From the IMG/VR virus record IMGVR_UViG_3300042568_000085: a DNA stretch of 64,000 nt; one strand, 5' to 3'. Origin of the DNA: an uncultured virus (IMG/VR IMGVR_UViG_3300042568_000085). Its lineage: Duplodnaviria > Heunggongvirae > Uroviricota > Caudoviricetes. This document shows, piece after piece, positions 55,529 through 63,918 of the stretch. Position numbers and translations under genes: made by a program. A model generated the notes under the pieces. The model worked only from the letters and a program-made list of their open reading frames with translations. It was not told where the DNA came from and ran no database searches. Position 1 is the first letter of the stretch; each line of letters begins with the position of its first letter.

Positions 55529-56052
55529 TGCTTTCACTTATTTCAACTCTCGGGGGTCTGCTGATCTCTGGTCTGCCAAAGCTGCTGGAGTATTTTCAGA
55601 ACAAGGCTGATCAAAAGCATGAATTGGCACTGGCTGCTGTTCAGACGGAGCGTGAGCTTGCACTGGCCGCTGCTGGCTTTGCTGCGCAAGCCAAGATCGA
55701 AGAAATCCGCACCGAGCAGGTGGCAATGGAGACCGAGGCCCGTATGACCGAGGCCGAGGCTGGCATGGTGCAAGGCGCTCAGGAGCACGACAAGGCGGTG
55801 CTTGCCAAAGCTTCCACATGGGTTGCCAACTACGTGGGCACTGTACGCCCCACGGTGACGTACATCTTTATATTTGAGCTGGTGGCAATCAACGCTTTCC
55901 TTTGCTTCTACCTATGGCAGCATCCCGGCTTGATCACCAGCATTGACGACGTGATCCGCTACTCCGACTTAATCTTCTCCGGCGACGAGATGGCTATGCT
56001 GGGTGGAATCGTGGGATTTTGGTTTGGTAGCCGCCAGTGGAGCAAGAAGTGA
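55528..56052 (+). CDS. Holin-like membrane protein (3TM type)
   Basis: N-terminal hydrophobic segment, coiled coil, VRP.VTY, GFWFGSR. Confidence 0.7.
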   Translation: MLSLISTLGGLLISGLPKLLEYFQNKADQKHELALAAVQTERELALAAAGFAAQAKIEEIRTEQVAMETEARMTEAEAGMVQGAQEHDKAVLAKASTWVANYVGTVRPTVTYIFIFELVAINAFLCFYLWQHPGLITSIDDVIRYSDLIFSGDEMAMLGGIVGFWFGSRQWSKK

Positions 56053-56552
56053 AAACTTCTGACAAAGGCATCCACTTGATGCACGAGTTTGAGGGCTACA
56101 GAAACAAGCCGTACAAATGCAGCGCAAAAATTTGGACTGTTGGGTGGGGCCACGCCATGTACGGCGATCAGTTGCGCTTGCCCAACGTGCGTACTGGCGC
56201 ATACACAGGAATGATCCGTGATGACTACCAACTCAAGCCAGAAGACAACCGGGTCTGGTCGAAGGAAGAACTGGTTGCGATTTTCAAGGATGACCTCGTT
56301 TCTTTTGAACGCAGTGTTCTTCGACTTGCTCCCAATCTGGCTGGGCATCAGCGCAAGTTTGACGCTTGTGTCGCTTTGGCCTTCAATGTAGGCTCGGGCA
56401 ACTTTCAGCGCAGCACCATCCGCCAGAAAATTTTGCGGGAAGACTGGGACGGCGCAGCCGAGGCGTTCTTGGCTTGGTCTAAGGCTGGCGGAAAAGTTCT
56501 ACCGGGGCTGGTGCGCCGCCGCAAGGCAGAGATTGCACTGTTTCTGTCTTAA
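56049..56552 (+). CDS. Endolysin, GH24 lysozyme
   Basis: FEG...PYKC...WTVGWGH, FDA.V..AFNVG, LPGLVRRR.AE..LF. Confidence 0.92.
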   Translation: MKTSDKGIHLMHEFEGYRNKPYKCSAKIWTVGWGHAMYGDQLRLPNVRTGAYTGMIRDDYQLKPEDNRVWSKEELVAIFKDDLVSFERSVLRLAPNLAGHQRKFDACVALAFNVGSGNFQRSTIRQKILREDWDGAAEAFLAWSKAGGKVLPGLVRRRKAEIALFLS

Positions 56553-56682
56553 CCCTCACACGCTCTTCGGTTGAAAAGCGGTGCAAGTTGGCGCGCTCAT
56601 AACGGCGCGTCACCACGCCGTCTGTCTTGCGTGTTCGGGTTTCCTTCACCGATGTCCACGCACCACAGTGAGGGTAAGTCAT
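56479..56682 (-). CDS. Degenerate NrdR/Ogr-like zinc-ribbon protein
   Basis: MTYPHCG...VKETR...RRYERANLHRFST.E; expected Cys positions read Tyr and Arg. Confidence 0.45.
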   Translation of the reverse strand: MTYPHCGAWTSVKETRTRKTDGVVTRRYERANLHRFSTEERVRVKTETVQSLPCGGAPAPVELFRQP

Positions 56683-56684
56683 GC

Positions 56685-57074
56685 TCATAATGATTTCCTG
56701 AGTTCCCGCACCTTGTCACGGGTCAATCCCATATTGAACACGCTGCTCATGCGAATGGTGTTGATGGTCTTGTGCTCACTCCTGCGGCGGTTCTCTCGCA
56801 CGTTGGGCTTGGGTCTTGGCTTGTCGAGTTTGTCACCCAGCATAAACACGGCGCGGGGGTAACGCCGTGCATCATCGTGGTCGTGGGTCCAGTCTGCAAC
56901 GTAGATGCGCTTCTCCCCCGCCTTGGTGCGTTTGTTCATGCGATTCAGCACAGCGTGTGCATCGTAGCGTCCGATGTCGGCGTAGTCTGCGAACTTCTGC
57001 GCTGTCAGCTTGCCGAAAGCCTCAAACGCCTCAAATGCCTTGATGACGTGAGCGCCTGTGTTGGTTGTGGTCAT
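56685..57074 (-). CDS. Hypothetical wHTH-like protein
   Basis: Start MTTTNTG; RYPRAVF..G...D.P.P. Confidence 0.6.
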   Translation of the reverse strand: MTTTNTGAHVIKAFEAFEAFGKLTAQKFADYADIGRYDAHAVLNRMNKRTKAGEKRIYVADWTHDHDDARRYPRAVFMLGDKLDKPRPKPNVRENRRRSEHKTINTIRMSSVFNMGLTRDKVRELRKSL

Positions 57075-57163
57075 TTGATGATCCTCATAAAAGCGCCGCA
57101 CCGGGCGCATTTGTAAATCAGTTTGTCAGGCACTTCTTCCCATCGGTGCTGGCATTCAGTCAT
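57071..57163 (-). CDS. 30-aa zinc-ribbon peptide MTECQHRWEEVPDKLIYKCARCGAFMRIIK
   Basis: Paralog of 19550-19642. Confidence 0.65.
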   Translation of the reverse strand: MTECQHRWEEVPDKLIYKCARCGAFMRIIK

Positions 57164-57528
57164 TTCATCATCTCCAGCATTGCTTGGCGGCAATCGTTCC
57201 ACCCTGCCACATATGCAGGTAGTTCGTCTTCATTTGGGCCAATGGCATCAGGCACGGCTGGCGGTGCTGCTTTCAGTCGCTTGATCTCAGACATATGCTC
57301 CCGCAGCGATTCCTGCGTGGCTTCAAGCAAAGACCAGTCTCGGCCCTCTGGCGCAGGTGCTGGCTGTGCGGGTGGGGTGGTGTAGAGCTTTGTGCCGTGT
57401 GCAAGCGCATAGAAGTCGCCCGTTTGAGCGCAAGCCATAACATGGCCTGTCTTGCTCACTCGGATATACGCCACAGGCTCATAGTCCAGCCCCAACTCTC
57501 TGGCGTTCTCTGCCTTCTTGTCGAGGGC
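57150..57528. repeat. Direct repeat copy 2
   Basis: Matches 19629-20007 with one mismatch. Confidence 0.95.
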
Positions 57529-57789
57529 ACGGGCTTGCTTGATGGCGGTGATGGCTTTCTCGTGATCGTCAGCCAATACTTTCAAGCCAGCAACTTTGCC
57601 TTGCCGTGATGGGTAGTTGCCATAAAGTTTTTCTGCGTTGTAAGCGTCTTCACGCACAAGATCAACGCTGTTCTCCAACGCCTCCAGCGCCAAGTCGAGT
57701 GCTTCGTCTTTTGACACAAGTGCTGGCTGCTTCGGCACACAGCCATGTTTTGTGCAGTGCGCTACTGTTTCGCATTGGTCGCAGATCAT
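57160..57789 (-). CDS. Modular accessory protein (Eaa/Ead-like mosaic)
   Basis: Combines modules found split between 20449-20682 and 19639-20286. Confidence 0.7.
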   Translation of the reverse strand: MICDQCETVAHCTKHGCVPKQPALVSKDEALDLALEALENSVDLVREDAYNAEKLYGNYPSRQGKVAGLKVLADDHEKAITAIKQARALDKKAENARELGLDYEPVAYIRVSKTGHVMACAQTGDFYALAHGTKLYTTPPAQPAPAPEGRDWSLLEATQESLREHMSEIKRLKAAPPAVPDAIGPNEDELPAYVAGWNDCRQAMLEMMK

Positions 57790-58007
57790 GCTGTCTCCTT
57801 GTCTTGTTCTTTCATGGACGCTTTAAGGAACTTGCTCAAGCGAACGATCTTGCCTTGGTGGTATTCGACCATCTTGGCTGTGTACTCCTGATGAGCCTGT
57901 GACTTCAGCAGTTCACGCTTTGATTCTTCAAGCTCACGCAGCGCAAGATTCTCTGCGCTTGGTGGCGCGAACAATGTTTTGATGTATTCAATCGTGTTAT
58001 TCATCAT
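57786..58007 (-). CDS. Small coiled-coil protein (homolog of 20831-21031)
   Basis: Shared ALRELE...QEY.AKMVE motif. Confidence 0.7.
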   Translation of the reverse strand: MMNNTIEYIKTLFAPPSAENLALRELEESKRELLKSQAHQEYTAKMVEYHQGKIVRLSKFLKASMKEQDKETA

Positions 58008-58258
58008 GTTCCTTTTGTTCCCCAATCGGGAAACTTCTCGTTTGCCGCAAGTTCTTCAAGTTGGACGTAAAGGTTGTCTAAGCCGGGGTCTTTAAAGCTA
58101 CGAGCGCAATAGCAACTCCAAAAAAAAGCGGCTTCTTCCCACAAGCAATCCTTAAATAGCCTGTCACGCACAAATGCGCCGGGGCTATTAGGCATATACA
58201 GTTTCTTGCTGTCTTCTATTTCGGCTCTCATAGCCGCTGCAATGGCTGCGTAGTTCAT
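58004..58258 (-). CDS. Hypothetical protein
   Basis: 84 aa ORF in the operon. Confidence 0.6.
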   Translation of the reverse strand: MNYAAIAAAMRAEIEDSKKLYMPNSPGAFVRDRLFKDCLWEEAAFFWSCYCARSFKDPGLDNLYVQLEELAANEKFPDWGTKGT

Positions 58259-58291
58259 TTCTGTCCTATCTTGTTGCTGATGGCTCTATTA

Positions 58292-58645
58292 TCAGGAAAG
58301 CCAATCTTTTGCACATCCGGATAAACCCTTAGGTATAGGCACATCGTCAGGCCATAATCCAAGTAGCACCAACTTCTTTACTGTCTTGTAATGAGCAAGT
58401 GACCATTTTTCTTGGCGCTCGTACCAAGGCAAATCTTTTCCTTGGTCAATCATCATGTGGCATTCATAGCAAAGGCTTGCAATCATGTTGTCATCAGCTT
58501 TGATTCCACGACCCTTGCCGCTACCCCAATTTGTGTGCGCTGCAACAACAGTGCCATCCTCAGCACCGCAACGCTGGCAAGGGATAAGCCTAGCGTTTTC
58601 CAGCAACTTCTTGCTACGAACGTAGTTATGTTTTGGGAACATCAT
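58292..58645 (-). CDS. DUF1364/DUF968-like HNH-type nuclease
   Basis: RSKKLL...PCQRCG...AAH.N...KG.GIKADD...LC..CH..ID. Confidence 0.75.
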   Translation of the reverse strand: MMFPKHNYVRSKKLLENARLIPCQRCGAEDGTVVAAHTNWGSGKGRGIKADDNMIASLCYECHMMIDQGKDLPWYERQEKWSLAHYKTVKKLVLLGLWPDDVPIPKGLSGCAKDWLS

Positions 58646-58946
58646 CAATCGTGACTCCATTAGTGTTGGCCCAATACAGCAACCACTCGGTAAAACTGAT
58701 GGCTTGCTCTTTGGTAAACCGTCTGCTTTGATGGCCTAGCTGTACAACACGTTCACCGTCAATGCTTGGCATGACCTTGCTAATGCTAGACATTTCACCG
58801 CTTTCATGCGCCCATTGGTCAATGAGGAATCGCTTAAAGCTCTCAGCGTTCCAGCGGCTACCGTGCAATGTTGCTTGCTTGGCAATCTGACCAATGATGC
58901 TGTGATACAGCTTTTCTTGCTCACGGCTTTTCATGTCGGGTGTCAT
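58626..58946 (-). CDS. ninB: NinB-like recombination protein
   Basis: SREQEKLYH..IG.IAKQ...W...KR...VQLG..SRRFTK. Confidence 0.7.
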   Translation of the reverse strand: MTPDMKSREQEKLYHSIIGQIAKQATLHGSRWNAESFKRFLIDQWAHESGEMSSISKVMPSIDGERVVQLGHQSRRFTKEQAISFTEWLLYWANTNGVTIDDVPKT

Positions 58947-59206
58947 ATAACCCCAATGGCTCTTAAAGCCGCTTCAGGGCTGTCAACCCTGCACAGAGTA
59001 CCACCACACCACTTTGCAAAAAAATCTTGCTGTAGGCTCGTTAAACGCTTTGTAGGGCCACTTTTCAGTTCCATAAGAAATGTGTGGTTCTTGTAGCCAA
59101 CCAAAAGGTCAACTGGCAGACCGATCACCCAAACGTAACAACCTGCATCCCTAAGAACCTTCACTATTTCAGCTTGGTTTTCATCCACGCGAGCAGCGTA
59201 TCTCAT
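58943..59206 (-). CDS. VRR-NUC-like PD-(D/E)XK nuclease
   Basis: ARVDENQ.EIV..LR..G...VDLLVG....LMELK...LT..Q. Confidence 0.8.
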   Translation of the reverse strand: MRYAARVDENQAEIVKVLRDAGCYVWVIGLPVDLLVGYKNHTFLMELKSGPTKRLTSLQQDFFAKWCGGTLCRVDSPEAALRAIGVI

Positions 59207-59873
59207 CTTGCTCCTTTATTTTGTAGTCTTTAAATACCGTACCTTTGCTGGCATCACCACGCCAACATTCTTTAACCCATCCACGCTTACCTGATTTGTA
59301 AGTGCGCCAATGACCTCTGGCTTGATGCCTTTTTGGACTTGCGTGTGTACCGCCTTGATACTCTTGTTTTGATTGTGATGGTTCAATAACTACCGTATGC
59401 CATTCGTAAAGTGGCTTTAATCCACGTTTGCTGCGGCTTGCGTTGGCTTTGTGTGGTGTTGGTACATACGCTTGAACTTTCATGTCAAGCGATGCGTAGA
59501 ACATTGTCACAATTGCACACATCATTGATTGGTCTTGACGGTCTATTGGCCTATCAACTTCACCAACCTTTGGTTCGCCATTGTGTTCGGCAAAAAGAAA
59601 AGAACCAAGGCTTTTGTATCCTGTTGGTTTTATAATCCAGCCCGTTACCACAGTAGCAGATGACTCAGCTAACACCGACAACATGAAATCACCCTGCTCT
59701 GTGCGACCGCATAACATCATGTTTTTGTATGGGGCTGGATGCAATAAATATTTACGTTGGTCATAACCAATATATTTTTTGATTGCACCCGTTACATCAA
59801 ACCATTGCATTTCTGTTGGATCAAGATTAGAAACTGAAACCATCTTGACCATTTCTTTTATTAAAGGTGTCAT
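59181..59873 (-). CDS. Conserved phage protein with C-terminal GTHASP.RH..RGHWR motif
   Basis: 230 aa; basic His/Arg/Trp C-terminal module. Confidence 0.7.
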   Translation of the reverse strand: MTPLIKEMVKMVSVSNLDPTEMQWFDVTGAIKKYIGYDQRKYLLHPAPYKNMMLCGRTEQGDFMLSVLAESSATVVTGWIIKPTGYKSLGSFLFAEHNGEPKVGEVDRPIDRQDQSMMCAIVTMFYASLDMKVQAYVPTPHKANASRSKRGLKPLYEWHTVVIEPSQSKQEYQGGTHASPKRHQARGHWRTYKSGKRGWVKECWRGDASKGTVFKDYKIKEQDEIRCSRG

Positions 59874-59980
59874 AGCGGTGCGTCTCCAGCGTCATCACGC
59901 TTTTGCTTTTCGTATTCACGAATTTGCTTGCGTGTCCAAGGTGTTGGGCCTGATGGTGGGGGGAAGGGCCATGTGTTCAT
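59870..59980 (-). CDS. Small hypothetical peptide (MNTWPFPPPSGP...)
   Basis: Hand translation, 36 aa; ATGA overlaps. Confidence 0.5.
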   Translation of the reverse strand: MNTWPFPPPSGPTPWTRKQIREYEKQKRDDAGDAPL

Positions 59981-60183
59981 TCCAATTCTCCATTCTGTAA
60001 TCTTGTCATGTAATTACGAATTCTTGCTACAGAACCCGTGCCGTATTTTTTCTCTAACCATTCCATCCTGACCTGAGTCAGAACTTTTTGCTTGGTCACT
60101 TGGTAGGTGCAAAGCAATACTCTTGCTTCGCCCAACTCAATCATGTATCTGTCGCCAGCGTTTTCAATCTGTTTGCGTGTCAT
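59977..60183 (-). CDS. Hypothetical protein
   Basis: Start MTRKQIE. Confidence 0.55.
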   Translation of the reverse strand: MTRKQIENAGDRYMIELGEARVLLCTYQVTKQKVLTQVRMEWLEKKYGTGSVARIRNYMTRLQNGELE

Positions 60184-60367
60184 AGATAGGCCAAAGTTCA
60201 ACCAAACCCCATTTCTTTTTTGGATACCTGCGAACAATTAATGTTTTTTTAAGACGCTGGATGCTGGCCCACACTTGTTTTGTTGTCCAGCAGGTAATTT
60301 CTTCAATCTCTTTGCTAGACAGTTCGCCGTGTTCAAGTAGGCGTTTGAGTGCGTAAACTCTTGTCAT
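60164..60367 (-). CDS. Small winged-HTH protein
   Basis: LKRLLEHGELSSKEIEEITCW...V. Confidence 0.65.
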   Translation of the reverse strand: MTRVYALKRLLEHGELSSKEIEEITCWTTKQVWASIQRLKKTLIVRRYPKKKWGLVELWPIYDTQTD

Positions 60368-60702
60368 TTTTTTACCCTTGCAATTATTTCAGCAATCCGT
60401 TTTTTGTTTGCAGCCATTTGCTCTGCTGTTAGTTTATTTTCCAACATTGGCAAAGTAGGCTCGGGTGCTTTTCTGCACATCGCACGAAACTCAAGAACTG
60501 TTGGCGGCTTACCGCTGTCAGGCATGTTTTTCAAAGCATAAGCAATTGAGTCAGGATGATCTTTAAAGCCAGCTAGCTCATGTGACCAATCAGCTTTAAC
60601 TTCAGCGATGTCCAAACCTTCCCAACGACCAAGAAAGTCTCGTCCATAGATCATGGTCAGCTTAGTAAAGATTCTTTCAACCCAAGGCATAGGCAAGCTC
60701 AT
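60364..60702 (-). CDS. Helicase loader-like (lambda P-like) protein
   Basis: IF.KL..IYG..F..RW...W..EL...PPT..EF...CR; follows the initiator. Confidence 0.65.
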   Translation of the reverse strand: MSLPMPWVERIFTKLTMIYGRDFLGRWEGLDIAEVKADWSHELAGFKDHPDSIAYALKNMPDSGKPPTVLEFRAMCRKAPEPTLPMLENKLTAEQMAANKKRIAEIIARVKK

Positions 60703-61478
60703 TTGTTCACCTCAATAGCTTTCTGAGATTCCATGTCAATAGTGCGAAAGAAATCGCTTGCGTCTTGGTATGGTGCATGTTTGGCAATGCTTGGTACGGC
60801 CTCTTGCATCTTCAAACGCATTGACCTCTGGTAAACAGTCTCAGTCTGGTTCTGCTTTTCATCAGACCGTAACCAAGAAGCCTCAAGCCCTTGTGAACCT
60901 CTTGCACACCAGATGGTCAGAAATGCGTTTAGGGTAATGCCGGCCTTTTCTGCTTCTTTCCTTGCAGACTTCAGTACGGTTTCGGTCACAGGTGCTTTCT
61001 TGGCTTTCCTGAGAGACAACCAATCTTCCCATTCTTGTAAACCAACATCAGGGGGGCAAGCAACGACAGTTGCGCTCTCTCTCTTTGGTTTATGGTTATT
61101 GGTTATTGGTTCTTGGTTAATGGTTGCTATTGGGGTAGCAATAGGGGGGCTATTAGCCTCGCCATCACCACCCTTTAGCCACCTCTTAGCAGCCCCACGC
61201 TTTCCATCTTCAATGAACTTGCGATACTTGGCAATTTCATCGTCAGCCCTTGGGTTTATGAACCCATTCTCAGTTGAAACAAAAAACTCATTAAGGACAG
61301 TAAGAACGTCTTGTTCATGCTCTCTCATGCCTATCTGACGCGCAATGTCCCGCTGTTTAATTGGCTGTTCATGAAGGTAGTAATGGTCAAGAAGTCGGCG
61401 AAAAGCCAAGTCTTCCATTTGAGAAAGATGGTGCGTGTGACTTTTGTAGTCACCAATGTGAAACTGGTAATAGTGCAT
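60699..61478 (-). CDS. YdaU/DUF1376-family replication initiator
   Basis: MHYYQFHIGDY...T.HLS..E.LA.RRLLD.YY..E.P. Confidence 0.85.
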   Translation of the reverse strand: MHYYQFHIGDYKSHTHHLSQMEDLAFRRLLDHYYLHEQPIKQRDIARQIGMREHEQDVLTVLNEFFVSTENGFINPRADDEIAKYRKFIEDGKRGAAKRWLKGGDGEANSPPIATPIATINQEPITNNHKPKRESATVVACPPDVGLQEWEDWLSLRKAKKAPVTETVLKSARKEAEKAGITLNAFLTIWCARGSQGLEASWLRSDEKQNQTETVYQRSMRLKMQEAVPSIAKHAPYQDASDFFRTIDMESQKAIEVNK

Positions 61479-61589
61479 TAAAGCAACTCCGCAAATCTCC
61501 CTGAAAGAAACGCACGGCAGGTGGGGAGTTCACTTTTCCCGAGGCTCATGACTTCCTCGGTAGCCGGGTTTCAAATACTATACCACCAC

Positions 61590-62006
61590 TCAAGCCCTAC
61601 TGTAAACAGTGATCTGAGGATGGTTCGTGTAGTTCTGCTGCATGATTGTCACCTCACGCTTTGTAAAGATTGCTTGATCTTTGTTGCGCCAGTTAAAAGC
61701 ATTGCCTGTTGACTTGGCTGTGCCATCCTCCCAAGCATCGGTCTGCTTTTTAAATTCCTGAACAAAAACCTTTGGCTGTTGCTTTTGTGCAACAAATGAT
61801 TTGCCTGTTAACTGGTGATGGTAGGCGTACTTGCCGTTGCCTTGCAAAACTTTCTTGACGCAGACAATGTAGCCTTCAGCCACCAAAGCGTCTTTGATGG
61901 CTGCTGGTGATTCATGGAATCGTGTTGACATCCTATTCATAATGATTCGATGGCTTACAGGGCCATCTTTTAGTTGTTCGAGGTAGTAGAGTTTTGCTGG
62001 TAACAC
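61590..62006 (-). CDS. Hypothetical (wHTH-like) protein
   Basis: 138 aa ORF. Confidence 0.55.
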   Translation of the reverse strand: MLPAKLYYLEQLKDGPVSHRIIMNRMSTRFHESPAAIKDALVAEGYIVCVKKVLQGNGKYAYHHQLTGKSFVAQKQQPKVFVQEFKKQTDAWEDGTAKSTGNAFNWRNKDQAIFTKREVTIMQQNYTNHPQITVYSRA

Positions 62007-62170
62007 AGGCTGATTTCCTTCTTTGTGGTGAGTTCAATAGCGCGAGCAAAAAGAGCAACGGTAGCTGCCTCAAAGTCGCCGGGGTCAAAAGTGTATTGCT
62101 TTATAGACTGAATTGCAGTGACGCAAAGCTCCTGCGCGGCAATGGTTTCGTAGTGGTCTGGTGTAGTCAT
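61970..62170 (-). CDS. Hypothetical protein, first gene of the leftward operon
   Basis: Start MTTPDHYE. Confidence 0.55.
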   Translation of the reverse strand: MTTPDHYETIAAQELCVTAIQSIKQYTFDPGDFEAATVALFARAIELTTKKEISLCYQQNSTTSNN

Positions 62171-62275
62171 GCTGGCAAGGTTATCATTGTTGACCTGTTT
62201 GTCTATCAGGGTTTCCCCTAGTGTTTTTTTTGTTGATGCGTCATAAGATTGAGGCTCAACAAGCAACTTAATCAC

Positions 62276-62800
62276 ATGAAACAAATTTCATCTTCTTTTG
62301 TCAAAGCGCAACAAGCCTTTGGCCCTGCAATCAAAAACGCCAAATCACATCAAAACAAATATGCCGATCTTGGCTCTTGCTTTGACGCTGTAATTGATGC
62401 GTTTCACAAAAACGACATTGCTGTTGTCCAGCAAACGCACGAATCACCTGATGGCGTGATTGTTGAGACTATTTTTCTTCATGCTTCTGGTGAACAAATG
62501 TCAGGCGGCAAACTGTTTGTACCTTTTAGCAAAAAAGACGCACAAGGCTTTGGTTCTGCGTTGACTTACGCTAGACGCTATTCCTTGATGGCATCTTGCG
62601 GTCTTGCACCTGAAGACGATGATGGAAAACGAGCATCTGAGCCAGAAAAATCAGCTAAACCAGTTCTGTCAAACAAACGATTTGATGCTGCTGTGCAAAC
62701 AATACTTGCAAAAACTTACACAGTAGAAAAATTGCGCGACACTTTTACTTTGACAGCAGAACAAGAGTCAGCACTTACTCAGGCTTTGGCAAATGCTTAA
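62276..62800 (+). CDS. erf: ERF-family ssDNA annealing protein
   Basis: KYADL, ET...H.SGE, DAQGFGSALTYARRYSL....GLAPEDDDG. Confidence 0.92.
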   Translation: MKQISSSFVKAQQAFGPAIKNAKSHQNKYADLGSCFDAVIDAFHKNDIAVVQQTHESPDGVIVETIFLHASGEQMSGGKLFVPFSKKDAQGFGSALTYARRYSLMASCGLAPEDDDGKRASEPEKSAKPVLSNKRFDAAVQTILAKTYTVEKLRDTFTLTAEQESALTQALANA

Positions 62801-63428
62801 ATTCCGCGCATCATCCCTTGCAGAAATTATGACTGATGGCAAAGGTTCAGTTGAAACTTTGTCTGTTGGTGCTAAGACAGCCATCATTAAACAGGCCAAA
62901 GAGTTCATCTACGGCTATGACGAAATCATCACCTCAAAATACATGACTAAGGGTATTGAGGTTGAAGATCAATCTATTGAACTGCTTAACTCTGTGCTGT
63001 TCAAAAACTTTGTTAAGAACACTGAACGCAAAACTAATGATTGGATTACTGGTGAGTGCGACATTGTTGGCGACAACAAAATTCACGACATTAAATCATC
63101 GTGGTCGCTGTCTACTTTCCCTGTTTTGTCTTATCAAGGTGAAGATAAAACCTATGAATGGCAGGGCAGGGCATACATGATGTTGTGGGACATGGATGAA
63201 TTTGAGATCGACTATTGCTTGGTGTCTACACCAGAGCATTTGATCGGTTACGAAAATCCAGCCATTCACAATGTTGACCACATTGCACCCGAACTCAGGG
63301 TTACAAGAGTTTTTTACAAGCGTGACAAGGCGCTTGAAGACAAAATAAAAAAGAAGGTAGAGGAGGCAAACGTGTTTTATCAACAAATCATCAAGCAAAT
63401 CTCGCAAGAGCATGAAGGAAATCTATGA
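62793..63428 (+). CDS. YqaJ/lambda-exonuclease-like PD-(D/E)XK nuclease
   Basis: FRASSL, KG..VE, GECDI, DIKSSW, YEWQGRAYM.LW. Confidence 0.82.
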   Translation: MLKFRASSLAEIMTDGKGSVETLSVGAKTAIIKQAKEFIYGYDEIITSKYMTKGIEVEDQSIELLNSVLFKNFVKNTERKTNDWITGECDIVGDNKIHDIKSSWSLSTFPVLSYQGEDKTYEWQGRAYMMLWDMDEFEIDYCLVSTPEHLIGYENPAIHNVDHIAPELRVTRVFYKRDKALEDKIKKKVEEANVFYQQIIKQISQEHEGNL

Positions 63429-63835
63429 ATAATTTGACAGTCGCTGGTCAGCTTGGTCGTGACGCTGAAGTTCGGTTTTTGCCTAATGGCGATCCTGTAG
63501 CAAACTTTTCCATTGCCGACAGTCAAGGAAAAGACAAAGACGCTATCTGGTGGAATTGCCAATTGTTTGGAAAACGTGCTGAATCATTGGCACAGTACCT
63601 TGTCAAAGGTCAAGCTGTGACCATTACAGGTAGCGTAAGCCAACGTAAATACACTGACAAAAATGGTGTTGAAAAGTTCAGCACAGACGTTCGCGTCAAC
63701 GATGTTGCTTTGCAAGGTGGAAAGCGTGAAAGCGGTCATGCGCCACAGCGTCAAGAAGCACCACAGAGTCAGCAAACATCAAAGCAAAAGCCACCAAGCG
63801 GTTTTGATGACATAGATGATGACATTCCATTTTGA
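63425..63835 (+). CDS. ssb: Single-stranded DNA-binding protein
   Basis: G.LGRDAE.R, L.KG..V...G, acidic tail DDDIPF. Confidence 0.95.
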   Translation: MNNLTVAGQLGRDAEVRFLPNGDPVANFSIADSQGKDKDAIWWNCQLFGKRAESLAQYLVKGQAVTITGSVSQRKYTDKNGVEKFSTDVRVNDVALQGGKRESGHAPQRQEAPQSQQTSKQKPPSGFDDIDDDIPF

Positions 63836-63840
63836 TTAAC

Positions 63841-63918
63841 GGGCCTGAAAGCGAATGCTGGTTATTGGGGAAAGCTGCCTGAGACTACAGAGAGACACCA
63901 GTGCAGCGAGTAAGGCCC
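63841..63918 (+). ncRNA. Candidate structured RNA with loop-E motif downstream of ssb
   Basis: GGGCCT-GAA-A-GC...TGC-TGGT...ACCA..GCA-GC-G-AGTA-AGGCCC; second hairpin at 63930-63966. Confidence 0.5.

Larger units (their letters stand above)
19629..57149. mobile_element. P22-like podovirus genome (37.5 kb unit bounded by direct repeats)
   Basis: Complete replication, packaging, P22-type portal/coat/gp4/gp10/ejection and lysis genes. Confidence 0.88.
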
